A stretch of 64,000 nucleotides of DNA, taken from assembly GCA_001600815.1 (NCBI GenBank), contig BCKZ01000003.1:872581-936580 (forward strand), given 5' to 3'. The notes beneath the pieces were generated by a model. That model saw only the letters and a program-made list of their open reading frames with translations. It was not told where the DNA came from and did no database searches. This stretch comes from Alloascoidea hylecoeti. Lineage: Eukaryota. Of the stretch, positions 10,756-23,660 are shown one piece after another. How positions within the stretch are numbered: position 1 is the stretch's first letter; every line of letters starts with the position of its first letter. The position numbers were made by a program, and so were the translations under genes.

Positions 10756-13700
10756 AGAAAGGTGATCGTGAGAAAAGCGATGGAATTATCGGAACAAAAA
10801 CTCTAGCCAAATTTGAATTTACATGATATCATTTAAAAGCTATTATGATGCATGCTTAAGGATTATATGTTTTGTTGGATATATATTACACTCTTAGAAC
10901 AGTTCACTAAAGAGTCGATTGGCTTTTTGGCGCAACTGGGAGAACAGGCACTTTGAACTTTAACATGTTTTATTTAATTTATATTTTATTTATCCTATTT
11001 ATATCTATTACATTAATTTTATTCATAAGACTAAATGTTTTTAAGATCGAAGAACAAAAAGTAGTAGAACGAATTAATCAGGTCAAAGCTAGTAGACAAG
11101 CACTCCTAAAATACTATTTGGGAAATAACATTTTATAATAAATATGTATATAGTGTTTCTTTCAAGCCATCCATCCGCTGACAACCAAATTTAAATCTTT
11201 CTTTATTGTACTAAATATTACTCTTGCGCCTTTGAATTTTATAGAAGGGAATTTTCCAGATGAAAATAGGGTTATTTTAGAGCTTGAAAAGGAACATGGC
11301 ATAACTGTCATGAGTAGCTATGACCAGCACTACATGACTCATCTGAGCTTGACTAAGGCCATTTAAGTGGTTTTACAGTTCACTGAATAAGTTGTATTCC
11401 CTATCACTAAATGCATATGAAACTACAAAATTGAAAGTGGTAATTTTGAATAATCAATAAACTGTGATAGCTAAAGGAATTTTACGGATTCGGACCGGAC
11501 CGGACTCAATTGTTGAAACCCCTCCAGACAGAACTCTAATGTTCTTGATCTAAAAACATATTGTTATTTAGAATATTTATATACAGATCCCTTATCTCAT
11601 ATAGGTATGTTATATTTTGTATCCGATTTTAAATTATATCCATCTGTATATGGGATTTTTCCAGTTTGGATATAACCATTAAAACCCGATTTTACTGTTA
11701 TCAATTTTAAAAGCATTACTAGCAGAATATAGGGCCGAAAGCTGTTCATAATTTGTTCACAATTAAGTAGCCTTTAATATTTCTGTTGATATATGCATAT
11801 AAATATATATTTACTATTTTTACTATATAAGTCAATCTTTAGATCATGATATGGGCACTATAAACTTTATGCATGTCTATATATATATGCATATGCATAG
11901 ACCTATATAGGCCTTATAAGCCTTATATAGCATTAGTATACAATGCGTGCATATTTAAATTTCAAGACTGGCAAAGGATCTGATTGAAGCACGAGGTCTG
12001 CACATAAGATAAATAAATTATCACACCCATTTCAAGTCCGAATCAACCCAATTGATAAGTTGCATCCTAATGTGATAGTTTCAACTTCCCAGGTCATAAA
12101 TCCCCTTATTTAGCGGGAATATTTGAAGTATAGAATTTAAGTTTATCATTAAAACCTAAGATGTCGTAATTTATTATATTTGTTATTTAGATACTTAATG
12201 CACATAAGCACGTAAGTTTATGCTTAATTATCGACGCTTATAATTATGTTATTATAATCACATATATATAATAATATATTTATTCTCATATATAATTATA
12301 AGCTATAAATAATTATAAGTTATATCATCAGATCAGGAAACTTCCATCTGATGATCTGATGCGGAAATATTGTCTCTAGATACGGTTATACGCAGGAATT
12401 TATACATATATTTTAGTATATAAAAAAAAAGTGGTTCGTTAGCGTTTGAAATTTCTATCTACATTTACTTTTCTAGAATAATTAATGCTTCAATGACAAT
12501 TAAGAAAGATATTAATATGCATTCCATAAATTTATTGTAATTGATAGCATTATTATTGAATAATAATTTTAAATTTAATTATAATCATAAATGATTTAAA
12601 ATAATTTTTTGCAAATGCAATTGGGTTTTATGTCTTTGAAACAGTGTCATTAAACATAATATATATCTTAATTAATCGATTCTTGTTGCCAACTCTAGAA
12701 ACTCTTCGCACATCATCAACATGTACAGTTTTATGTATATCCTGGACGTTGGCTTGTGCCGTGCGTATATATGTTTGATACCCATCATGAATATCAAGGA
12801 AAGGCATTATTAATTTATAATTGCAGTTGAAAGCCAGATGTAGCACAATAATGTTTCAAATGTATTCATTCAATGTGTATTATTAGTTATATTATAAGCT
12901 AATTTCGTTTGATTATTTAACAGTGTTTAACACCCTTGCAATTGAACGATTTTATTTACAGGTTTCCAATTGGTAATATTTTTGTATATATCTAGATTGA
13001 ATAGATTCTAAAATAAATGACTATAAGCTATGTATATTAGATACGTCACAATATTAGTACCTGGATGTTCGACCGCGAACTTACAATATTTGTTATAAAA
13101 TTCTTATCCTATTTTCCAGGTTTGAACATCCATGGAAAAGACCCCATAATAGTAAATGATAGTACCATACAATGGCTATATTACTAAAACTATAGTTTAA
13201 TTATCAAATTCAAGTAATATTTAGTTCACCATGTGATCGAAAATAAATGAAAAAAAAAGATTGTTATTCGTATGTATCATGTTCATCTAAGTCTAAATAT
13301 TGATATTAATATATACCCGCTCAGGTATTTCTGTAATAATTAACACAAGCTTATATATATATGAGTTACTTACTAAAAGTTTTAGGCCTTAACCTGGATC
13401 TAGTTGTCAAATCTAACATCCTCAATCTACATGTGTCAGGTGATGTGAATTCCAAATTCTCCATCCTACATGGCTATATCAGACCACCAAAAAGGGAAGT
13501 ACAGGCCGTGGTAACACATTGTCATTGCAATTGAGATGATTTAATACTTTCTAATCATGATTAAAATAAAAATTAAAGTAATAGAGACGTGCACATTTGC
13601 AGCTATAGTGATGGGTATAACTGATGATTTTTCAACCACCTATTGAGTTACCTAGGTTTAAGAAACATTATTCTTTTTCTTCTAATGATTTTTTATGTGC

Positions 13701-15540
13701 TTTTGAGGCAGTTTATGCTTGAAGTTGCGGTTGTTGTAGAACCAATATAATGTTATAAGTTCAGCCGTGTGCTAGTTTTCATTTACGACTGCAAGGAATA
13801 TTGATATTAGGTTTCAATCACGAAGAATTCATCTTATTGCAATTGTATTATATGTAGTATTATATAAATATTTTTAGTGTAGATTCTCATATTATAAGGT
13901 TATAAGTCATATCACCTTCTGAATGTCTACATCGTTTTATATTTTTAGCTATATCTTTTCTCATGTAATTAATATACTTTTCACAATATTACATTTATAG
14001 TTAACTCTCTATAAGATCTTATATAACTATTTCAATGTATATAATCACTTTTTGTTAAATACGAAGGGACGGTATGGGATAGAGCGCGCGATTACTGAAG
14101 AAGCCTCCTTAAAGATGTGTCTGCGCCACCTAAATATAAATAGTTTTGGATTTGTGTCTTTATAGCTCATAGTAGCCTCACACGTAGAGACTAGCAGTAC
14201 TACCCGCTTAGCTACCCATGTTTAATACTTTTAATATTCTTATATAACTATTTATCGTTATCAACATTGATAAGCTATGTTGCCCCTTACATCTACACTC
14301 CATTAACCTGAAATCGGGAATTAATATCTATATATGAGACCATATACATAACTAATCTAAACCTTTTGTTTACTGTGGCTCTAAAATTAGATCTAAAGCT
14401 TGTTATATTCATTAGCGTTCTAAAAACTTTCGATCTATGATATAATAGACTCTATATATCTGCAGCTTGTGTCATACTTATATTCTGATATCCTCTCTGT
14501 TCGAATTCGACAAAAGATGGCGCATACAGCATAACAACACTCTTTAAACAATGGTAGTTTTTTCAAATAGCAGACGGAAAAACAAGGGAAAGAAGAAAAA
14601 AGTACAATTATAATACTATATTACGAAACACCTTAACTATACTAACAATAGGTTGCAGTTGATTCAAGTATAATTTCTTATAATCATCATCATATAAGCT
14701 ATATTTAGAGTAGTAATTGCATTGGTAAGTCTATAATGAAAGGATATTGAGAATTATTGATCATTAGCATAGTATAGTTTCGTATATTATATACGAGCTT
14801 GCAGCCGATGACAATTTAGAGTTAATTAATATGCACATAACATATAAATAATACCTTCAGCTGGTATATTCCCAAATATAACGAAAAGTTAGAGGAATCG
14901 ATATAAATGACCATTATTTGTATATTCAATTAGTAAATATTTTTACAGAGCAATTAATATTATTACGAATAAAATTTAAATACAAGAAAAGTAAGTTATC
15001 AAGTATGTGAACAAAAAGAGCTTTGTATGAAAAGTGTGAATATTAATTAATAAATAGAAACATGATTTTTTTCTTTCTTATCCTAATCAGTTAATATAAT
15101 TTTTTTATCATGTTATTTATAAATATATATAAGTTTATGTATATATATGGAAAAGATAGTTTTTTTTTATAAATAGATAGAAGTATAGTCATTAAAACAA
15201 TTTTTTTTAAAATTAATTGCATATCATTAAATGAGTTTTTGGTATTGCTATGAACAGATAGAAGCCTTATATTATATATGCAGACGTAATATTAAAAGAT
15301 AGTGAAAAATCCCAAAGAAAAAAAACAAATAAACATACAGATAAATAAACAACATAGTACACTCGAGTTCAAAATCGAAGAACCAAAATTAAAAAAGAAA
15401 AGAAGATATTATGTAGGAAATTATTAGCTTTCTTTAAGATTAATGCAGAGAAAATAAAAACAGATTATTAAAAGGGATAACAAAAACAATAAATTTTGAT
15501 GATAAATTAAATATGAACATGTTTCAACGTTTAGTTATAG

Positions 15541-16803
15541 TTAGTTCATTGGCTTCCACAAACCAGCTGCAGCAGCATGTACCTGATGGTTAGGGTCTGA
15601 TGCCATTTTCGATTGCTGCTCTAAGTGATACCGATGTTCCTGAGGAACATTCATAGGCATAGAAGTAAGCTGAGGATTAGGAGTGTAAATCATTTGTCGG
15701 GGTGCAGTGGACATCATTGACAACTGATGGTGGGGAGGCATTGACACACCATGGACATTGGTGGATGGTGCAACTGTATATGACATTTGTGAGGGATGAG
15801 GGATTGAAGCTGGCGCCTGGTTAAGAGCTATATGTGGTTGAGGAGTAATAGGAAGAGCTCCTTGTTGAACTTGATGTTGTTGTTGTTGCTGCTGCTGAAA
15901 TTGAAACAACTGATATTTAAGGCTCTCCAATTCGTATTCCAGTCCTTCAATATAAGACACCGCTTTTCGGAGGACTGCAGCTTTGGAGTCATGGGAACCC
16001 CTTGTGGCTGGAACAGCATTCTTCAACCAAACAAACCCGCCATTAATACTCTCCCGTCTTCTTTGTTCGGATAAAATATGAAGATGACGACGGACCGCCA
16101 AGCTTGAAGCAGACTTTTCAGGTCCTGCTGTTGAAGCGCTGGCAGGGGAAATAGATTTTTCAGTATTATCAATAGACTTTCGTTTTTGCGCTTTATTACC
16201 ATTGCATTTTGGTGATTGGGACTCAGCTTTAATATATCCATTATCTAATGTATTTTGCTCCGCAACTCTTTGCCCATCCAATGGGGACACCGGTGCTAAT
16301 GGTGAACAGTAACGGATAGATGGTGATATAACATTATTATTAATATTATTATTTTCATTCATCCTAATTTCTGCAGGATTGGGTTTAAATCTTTTCGGAG
16401 AAGGGGGCTCCTTTTGATCATTAGCATCACAGTCAGGAGAAGGAGATGTAAGTGCTTTAATTGTCATATTAGCAGAAGGACTACCGACAGGCAAGGGGAG
16501 AGGTGTAAACAATCTAGAAGGGGGTGGAATAGCCGTATCCCGAGCAATAGTTGTATCCATGTCTTTAAGCTGAAGCGCAGGAAGCGAAGTAACTCTTTGA
16601 GAATTCGTCTGAGAATGTTGTTGGATAGAAGGAAGTGCTGGAGATGACCTGAAGGAAGTCTGGAAAGAAGGAATTGAGCGGGAAGAATAATCATCGTTCT
16701 TATGGATCAAATCGTTGATGTTAAAACCAGAAGGAGTTGTGTTCTCACTAATGGACTTAAAGCCCGGAAGCCTTGTGGTGGTTTGTCTTGGAATCATAAG
16801 CAT
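15541..16803 (-). CDS. bHLH transcription factor
   Basis: HILSEQRRRESINGGFVWLKNAVP...SKAAVLRKAVSYIEGLEYEL basic-HLH domain followed by a short coiled segment and polyQ; the rest is low-complexity S/P. Confidence 0.88.
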   Translation of the reverse strand: MLMIPRQTTTRLPGFKSISENTTPSGFNINDLIHKNDDYSSRSIPSFQTSFRSSPALPSIQQHSQTNSQRVTSLPALQLKDMDTTIARDTAIPPPSRLFTPLPLPVGSPSANMTIKALTSPSPDCDANDQKEPPSPKRFKPNPAEIRMNENNNINNNVISPSIRYCSPLAPVSPLDGQRVAEQNTLDNGYIKAESQSPKCNGNKAQKRKSIDNTEKSISPASASTAGPEKSASSLAVRRHLHILSEQRRRESINGGFVWLKNAVPATRGSHDSKAAVLRKAVSYIEGLEYELESLKYQLFQFQQQQQQQHQVQQGALPITPQPHIALNQAPASIPHPSQMSYTVAPSTNVHGVSMPPHHQLSMMSTAPRQMIYTPNPQLTSMPMNVPQEHRYHLEQQSKMASDPNHQVHAAAAGLWKPMN

Positions 16804-19800
16804 TCTAAAATATGTGTAATAAATGATAGAACAATAAAATCTGGAAGGTAAAAAATGAAAAAGGATGCCGATCGCAATGGATTTATATGTTTCTGAAGTA
16901 TGTGTCCTCGTGATAGTGGGATGGTTCTATTATATTATTTATACCTGACGAAGGGCGATTAGCTTTAAGCACAGCTGGTTTGGCTTTTTAATTAACTTAT
17001 GTAAAAAATAGCTTTTAAAGTTAACTCTGGATCATCAAACGCAAACTTCAGACCCGCACATATATGCATATATAGTTTTTAGCAGAGATGCAACAAATAA
17101 AGAGAATATGCATCAATCTCTGCTATATCTCATATACGAAGAATTAAAGCTAATTCTTGATTAGTAGAAACCGACATCACCGCCCCTTCCAGAAATGCCC
17201 AACACATGTCTGCTTCCAAATAGAGAGACAGAGTCTCAATAATCAATAGACAACCAGTTATGAGCAGCACTGCTCTCAAACTGAAAGTGTGCATGTAATC
17301 TGACAGGAACGGGTACATCTACGATTCAGATCCAGATCTATACTTTTGTGTGAATCCATGGGCAGGATGCTCCACTACATATGCATGTACTTCTGATTAT
17401 ATTTATGCACATGCCCTCAGATTTCTTTATTTTAATTTTGATGCTAATTATTTATTTAATTTGAATCTTTTTGGGATTTTTGGGGGTTATTTATGGGTGG
17501 GGAAGGAGTTGAGTATTTCAAAAGAGGAAAAGTAAGATTATTAGAGTAAATAAAAGCTAAGCTTAAGGGATTTAAATTGATGCCGAAAGTATTTCCTTCT
17601 CTTTTTTTTAAAATCATTTTTTTTAATTATTTTGGTAATATTTTGTTAAATTCTTTTTTTTTTTTTTTAATTTGAATTTAATCTTGAAGTGCTTAAATTC
17701 AAACCAAGCTTTGGTTTCAATGGCTAGCTTTTAGCTATAGTATATAGTAATTAGTAATTATAAAGGCTGTAGTGGGTAAAAGAACAACTTATAATTATAA
17801 TAAACTAAGAATGTGTAATTTATCTCTTCTGCATTTTTCATCACATGCAGAGCTCAGCTGTCGGAGCTCAAAAATTATTTTTATTTTTATGAAAATCGTA
17901 TCTCGCTTTGTTTAAACGTCGGTTGTGTTTGTTCCATTTTCATTTTGATTCCTTCTTCACGTATCCGACAGCCAAATATGCACCCCCTAGGCCACAATCA
18001 TCTGATATGATCATCCTATTCTTTCTCTGCGGCTTATTCTTCACCGTGTCAGATATTCATGAGTTGAGACCTCGATTGTCTCATATTTCTTCCTTGGGTA
18101 TTTCAAGCAATTATATTAGGAATAGGCTTCACATCTTCTTTTATGTATTAATAATTATGTAATTATAATCTAGATCTGCTCTCACATAATATTGTCTAAT
18201 GATATTGAAGTTACTATTGAACTCTCCTCGCAGATCTCAGGGACATCTACCCGATAAATTGTATATATGCTTTTTGCTTCATTTCATGAACAAAAACCAA
18301 TATGTATTTATTTGTAGTGTAATATTTATATACATTTTTCCGAAAACACGGGAATTTGATATTTTCATTAAAAATATTGAGAAGAGAAAATCTAGATATA
18401 TAATATAACATCAATATCCTAGGACTGATTCCTCAGCTAGGAATGCTACAGCTAGGGATAATAAATTGGGCATTAATTAATTTCCAAGTTATTCTATTAT
18501 AATTTTTAGATGTAATAATCAGGAGAGAAATTTGAAGTGCTGCATATTTAAATATAATTAAAGTTTAGACATTATTTGATACTGATTTTATATTAGGAAA
18601 GAAAATCCAATTTGCTGAAACATTTGAAAATTTGGTAATTGATTAAATCTGCGAAGTCTATATTGATATATGCACTTAGATTTGATTAACTCTATAATCT
18701 AGATCTAGTTAGATTTAAGATCGATCTTTTATTGAAAGAAACAAATCTGCGTCGGTTTAATTCGTAACATTTGGAAGCTATATTCATAAAATAAAATAAG
18801 AACTTGAATTCGAATGATGTGAGTTTTATCCTTTTTTAGTACTGATAAGCGCTATAGCTATATATATATAGGTGTATGAAATGATCTAATCTTTAATTAA
18901 AATATATACCCTATTTATTCCCATCCTCCCCGATATTTTTAGCATGATTACTGAAAGAAATGTACATTTGGTCATGAAGCTTTAAACTCACAATTTACAA
19001 TGCTACATTCTGCTAATGAACTGTTTTAAGGTAATCTATATTTCTGATTTGGTTTATTCAAAACATGCTGCAACACTTCAAGTGTTGTATAGTTTGAATT
19101 TACATTCCTCATGATCGTAATACCTATAATTAATTATAACAGAGCCAATTGGAATTTTCTAAGCCAAAATATATTATAATTACTATACGCAGGTACAAGA
19201 TACGCATAACGGTTAAAAAATTACATACCTATGATACCTTCACAAGCAGTTTTGAAATAAGCGATCACCAAGATTCTGAGATGTCTGATCCTTGGTTCCT
19301 CCGGAGTCACGGAAATTGAGGTGAATTTAATATGATTTACCATCGATGCCAATGATATGTTAAGCTGTATAATATAACTTATATACTCTTCATGAAACAA
19401 TATTTTGATGTATATGGCCATATACGGAATGAAGGTATTGCATTCGAATTGGCTAATCATGATCATCGTAACATTATGTTTAGGTGATCCCAATAGCATA
19501 TTATTAATAGATGAGACTTATTTATCATGATATTTATTTTCTATTCATGTTTTAAACATAGCCCGTGTTCCATGACCAAACGTAAGACAATCGAAACTCC
19601 TAATCAAGAGAGAAAATAACAGTAACTGGAACGTTTATACTTACAGTTATATCATAAATTCAAGATAATAATTAATAATAAATGAATTCCCATTATCTTT
19701 CTGATGTCTATTTATAGCTAGCTGTGATGCACGACACATGTTCTGTGATGCTACAGGTGCACACACAGGAAGCCCAATAAACATATATTTTGGTCGAGAT

Positions 19801-21444
19801 ATATATGCGCATTTGGTTTGTTCTTAAGCTTGCAATGAATGAAAAATACTTATAGCTATAGTCAGCTAGCTCTACAATTATCACAATTGAAATATGTTTG
19901 GGTATATCGATTTTTCAATTGGTCTATTCGTTCGTTTGAATTAGTAATACTACTAGCTAGTAGTTACTATATAGTACCCGCGATTTCCTCCACCATAATG
20001 ATTGGTATTATAACAGGCTTTATCACGCTATAGTAACCGCTCCGGGGGTAAGACCTGAATGAGTGCGAGTATTTCTGGAAACAGTTTATGAACTGTTGAG
20101 ATGGTGGCAGGACGCGCTAACTGGATGCACGACTGTTTGTACACGCATTTTGAATACTTCTGCCCTTTAGATTATAATTAAGAAATTTTATTCCTATTAT
20201 TGTAATTTATATATAAATTCATCGTGTTTCTAATTATAAATTTTAGAGCTAGATGCATGTATGATATAATCCATTTGGGATTATTTCTTCAAGTTCGTAA
20301 ATTTAATACATAGTTTAAATAAGTACAACTTTTCCCCAGGAAAAAATAAATTTAGAGCTAGCTACAGCTATAATGTTATAAGATATATATAATGAATTTG
20401 CAATTGTTTCTTTGAACTCGTAATTATAATAAAGTTTAAAAAAATGTAACCTTCTCCGTTCTTATTCTATCTTATTTTTTCTTGTGGACAACAACAACAA
20501 CAGAATTCTCTTATTACAGCGCCTGAAGTTTCTATCTCAATAGCATGATCATAAAACTTTAAGGTTATAGAGAAATTTGAAGGCAAATTTTAAGCATAAT
20601 TTGACAGGCATGTATACGCAATTGTGAATTTAATTAATTTAATTAATTATTTTGACTATAAACTTTTCATTTTTAAATGCATCTGGATATATGTATCTCT
20701 ATATGGTAATAAATGCATATAAATAGCCTTTTCTTCTAACTATAAGAGATGGGTTTGCCTGATTTCAGTAATGAGATCACAATTTAAGAAGCATAGAGCT
20801 AATTATAAAGCGAAAGTAGTTGCATGCAGTGAGTTCACTATAACCATAATGATAAATATATAAACTTTTGGAACATCAAGAGTTATAACTTTGCATTAAA
20901 AAGTAACCCGATAGTAGATACAATTAAAAAGCTATAAGTAATCATAGTAGGCCACTAGCTATTGAAATATAGAGAGAAGAGCTAATGCACGTTTTAACAT
21001 TAGTAACACTGTAATATATTACACTAATGATCATTTGTTAACAATATCAATGCTTGAATGTTAAGTCTACTGTAGTTCTGTATCTAGCATCAGATATGAA
21101 CTAATAATGTGATGTTGCCATAACTTTCCACTAGTAATAAGAGCCCATACCCTGGTGGTGATGGAGTTAATGCAAACTAGTTAGATTATAAGAACAAAAT
21201 TTAGTGGTCTATTTATTTCTCTTTACGCGGTTGAAACATTTGGTATATTAAGTTCACTTCATGTTGAGTACGCAATACGGGATAAAGCATGATAAGGAAA
21301 TAGGTCTCATTGGATATGTGGACCACGCTTAATCGCCAGTTAAAGATAAATAGCTATATAACTCGTGCTTACATAGCTTATATTATTACTGGAAGGTCAT
21401 GAAAAGCCATATAGCTTATATAGGGCCTTATACAATGGGTCACG

Positions 21445-21700
21445 TTAGGTTAAATGGAGTGAGTATGCGACGAGTTGGTCAAAAAGTGATTGATATAGCT
21501 GATTCAATAGCTCCGTCAATTCTTCTGAAAAACAATTCTCGACTTTCTTGGTGTCACCGTTTATTATAGCTAACTCTGGACGCTTCTTGTTTCCAGGATC
21601 AATTCTGAACTCGCGTCTCACGGTTTTCAACATGGTCTGGGGCATATCTCGACGATTTCATGAAGATATCCTTGAATTTCCGCCAATTGATTTTGTATAC
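21445..21700 (-). mobile_element. Possible retrotransposon integrase fragment
   Basis: Locally GC-richer stretch. LKTVRREF...AIINGD...FSEELTELL...QLVAYSLHL loosely follows the copia integrase pattern (D..EF....L......AYSPQ.N). Confidence 0.25.
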
Positions 21701-22299
21701 TCTACAGTGTCAATGGATTAATTACAAAACCTGTGTCATGAGCTATGAGATTACAAGCGCCGACTAAATTATTAAACTTTCGATGAGATATTCTAGAATA
21801 AAGTTTTTGAAATTCTGATTAAAACAAAGTTTCACCCTTACTACTGTACGTGTAGTATACGGTACCTTCCATTCTTATTACTATATGACACTTAACCGAT
21901 TAGTGGGAGATTATGCCGGAAATCAGATCACATGACATCATACATTGGAGACCCATATTCCAAAGAGTGGCTGAATACGTGGTGCTAGTTACTCAACAAA
22001 AGGTGCGATCATCCTATAGGCCTATAGGCTTCTTTGAATAATAGCAGGGCTTGAACATCAGCTAAAAATAAATAGTTTTCAAGTTGTTATGTAGTTTTTT
22101 TTACTACTTGTTGAGTTATTCAAGTTTAATAAATATTCTTCTTATTATTATTCATCAAAATGACCGGTGATATACTATATCGCGGGTCAAATATTTAACG
22201 GATCAAGTGTCTAACATTAGTCCAGGATCCACCACATTGGAAAATGTGATGGGATCTTTAAGGGGGTAACAGTATTGGTCCCAAAAAGGAAATAAAGCT

Positions 22300-22480
22300 T
22301 TCTTCTATGCAAACTAACAAAGAACGCCAAAACTGGTTATTATATGAATACTAATTGGATGGATGGCTTTCTCAAAAGAAATCCAGGGATTTCTGAAACA
22401 AAAACAAAGGGATTATAAGAATATTGGCTTCTTAGTTATAATAAAGAGGACCTTGAACGGTGACATAAAGCACTGGGTGC
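22300..22480 (+). mobile_element. pogo/Tc5-type DNA transposase fragment (HTH_Tnp_Tc5 region)
   Basis: From 22344 it reads MNTNWMDGFLKRNPGISETKTKGL*EYW...EDLER*, resembling the NW..RFLKRHP.L..R...LE..R......I..W motif of Fot1/pogo transposases, with in-frame stops. Confidence 0.5.
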
Positions 22481-22820
22481 CTTAATGGCCGAATCATTAT
22501 CTTGATCAGCCGGAGTGTAACTTACTAATGAAACAAGATTTCAGTTGGGTGAGACAACGGTTAGTTGCTCCTGGTTCTGCTTACAGTTACAGCGGAAAGT
22601 TAACATTTTAGTCGTCAATTGTATTGGAAATTAAATATACATGTGTACACTTATGCAGATATTGATGCTGATAATATTATGCAATAGGTTGAAGTGTATT
22701 TGGCCGCTTTTGTCGTGCTTTTTCTTATATCAAAGATATATATATATTTTTTTTTTGAAGATAGTGCTCCTGAATATATACATGTATATTTCTTGATTTC
22801 CTGTTTCTGTGTCACCTGTT

Positions 22821-23118
22821 TTACGCAAAGAGCAAAGGATTAACTTCATCATCTAGTAGACGATCGCGAAAGTTGGGATCAAGATGATTTCTCAATCTCT
22901 TTCTACAACTCGGTCTGTTATTCCTGAAACGGTAATAAATGACCTTCATACCAACTTTCATCCACAAGATGATATTAGAAGAAGGTAATGCTTTGTTCTG
23001 CGTACTAGAATCAAGTCGTTAGTCAAAAAAAAAAAAAAAAAAGATTGTTATACAAGGAGAAAAGGATTATTTACCTTTTATTAATATTAGGGGTTCAGGA
23101 AGACTGGGATTTGGCCAT
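22821..23118 (-). pseudogene. Spliced Myb-domain (Bas1-like) gene relic with a 70-nt intron (23005-23074)
   Basis: Minus-strand donor GTAAAT, an 18-nt U tract, branch GACTAAC and acceptor TAG. The spliced frame reads MAKSQSS*TPNINKSTQ...IILWMKV...RFRNNRPSCRKRLRNHLDPNFRDRLLDDEVNPLLFA*, resembling Myb CRKRW.N.LDP.L......EED..LL.A. Confidence 0.4.
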
Positions 23119-23660
23119 TTAATCCGAGCACTGGTGAGGTCTGTTTCTATGGGATACACCACCATAATTAAAAGACAATCACCTGCCTAAGCTTGATAAA
23201 GAATTCGGAAGAGAGTTTTCCAATAAAGATTAAATGAGAGATTTATCAAAAATTGGCGCTTTTAGTGACGAAAACGGCTAAAACACTACAATATATATAT
23301 ATGAGGATTATTATTATTCACATGCTAGGTGGAGAATCCTGGAGCAGCGATCAACAGTTCAGAACCCTTTAAAAAGAAGATGGAACAATTAAATCTATGA
23401 GGATAAATAGTTCATTTATCTATACAAAATATTTAGTGAATTCACATTTTTTGGTGGTTTATTTAGTAATCAACTACAATTGAAACAGTCTTACACATAT
23501 GTATTTTATCTTAAATAAGTAATATCAATTATACTACAAAATAGAATTCGAAAGCTTTAGAAATATACAAATGTTCGTACAAATCAATTGGTTTTAGTTA
23601 TAATATACCTGAACATATGAAATCCAATTGCAATTACAAATACATATAACCATTACCATT

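Noticed and set aside
11491..11506. CCGGACCGGACT, also at 34454-34465, reminiscent of hAT subterminal repeats
   Set aside because: Only a 12-mer; no TIR/TSD pair or transposase found.
12324..12355. Hairpin ATCATCAGAT...ATCTGATGAT with C/D-box-like words
   Set aside because: Box spacing is incompatible with a snoRNA and no rRNA guide was recognised.
19221..19499. 92-aa minus ORF and a plus-strand DHRNIMF word resembling gypsy RNase H
   Set aside because: A single short motif with no collinear support.
21849..22212. U2 snRNA-like words GTGTAGTAT (21850) and GATCAAGTGT (22201)
   Set aside because: They are in the wrong order, 350 bp apart, and lack flanking U2 sequence.
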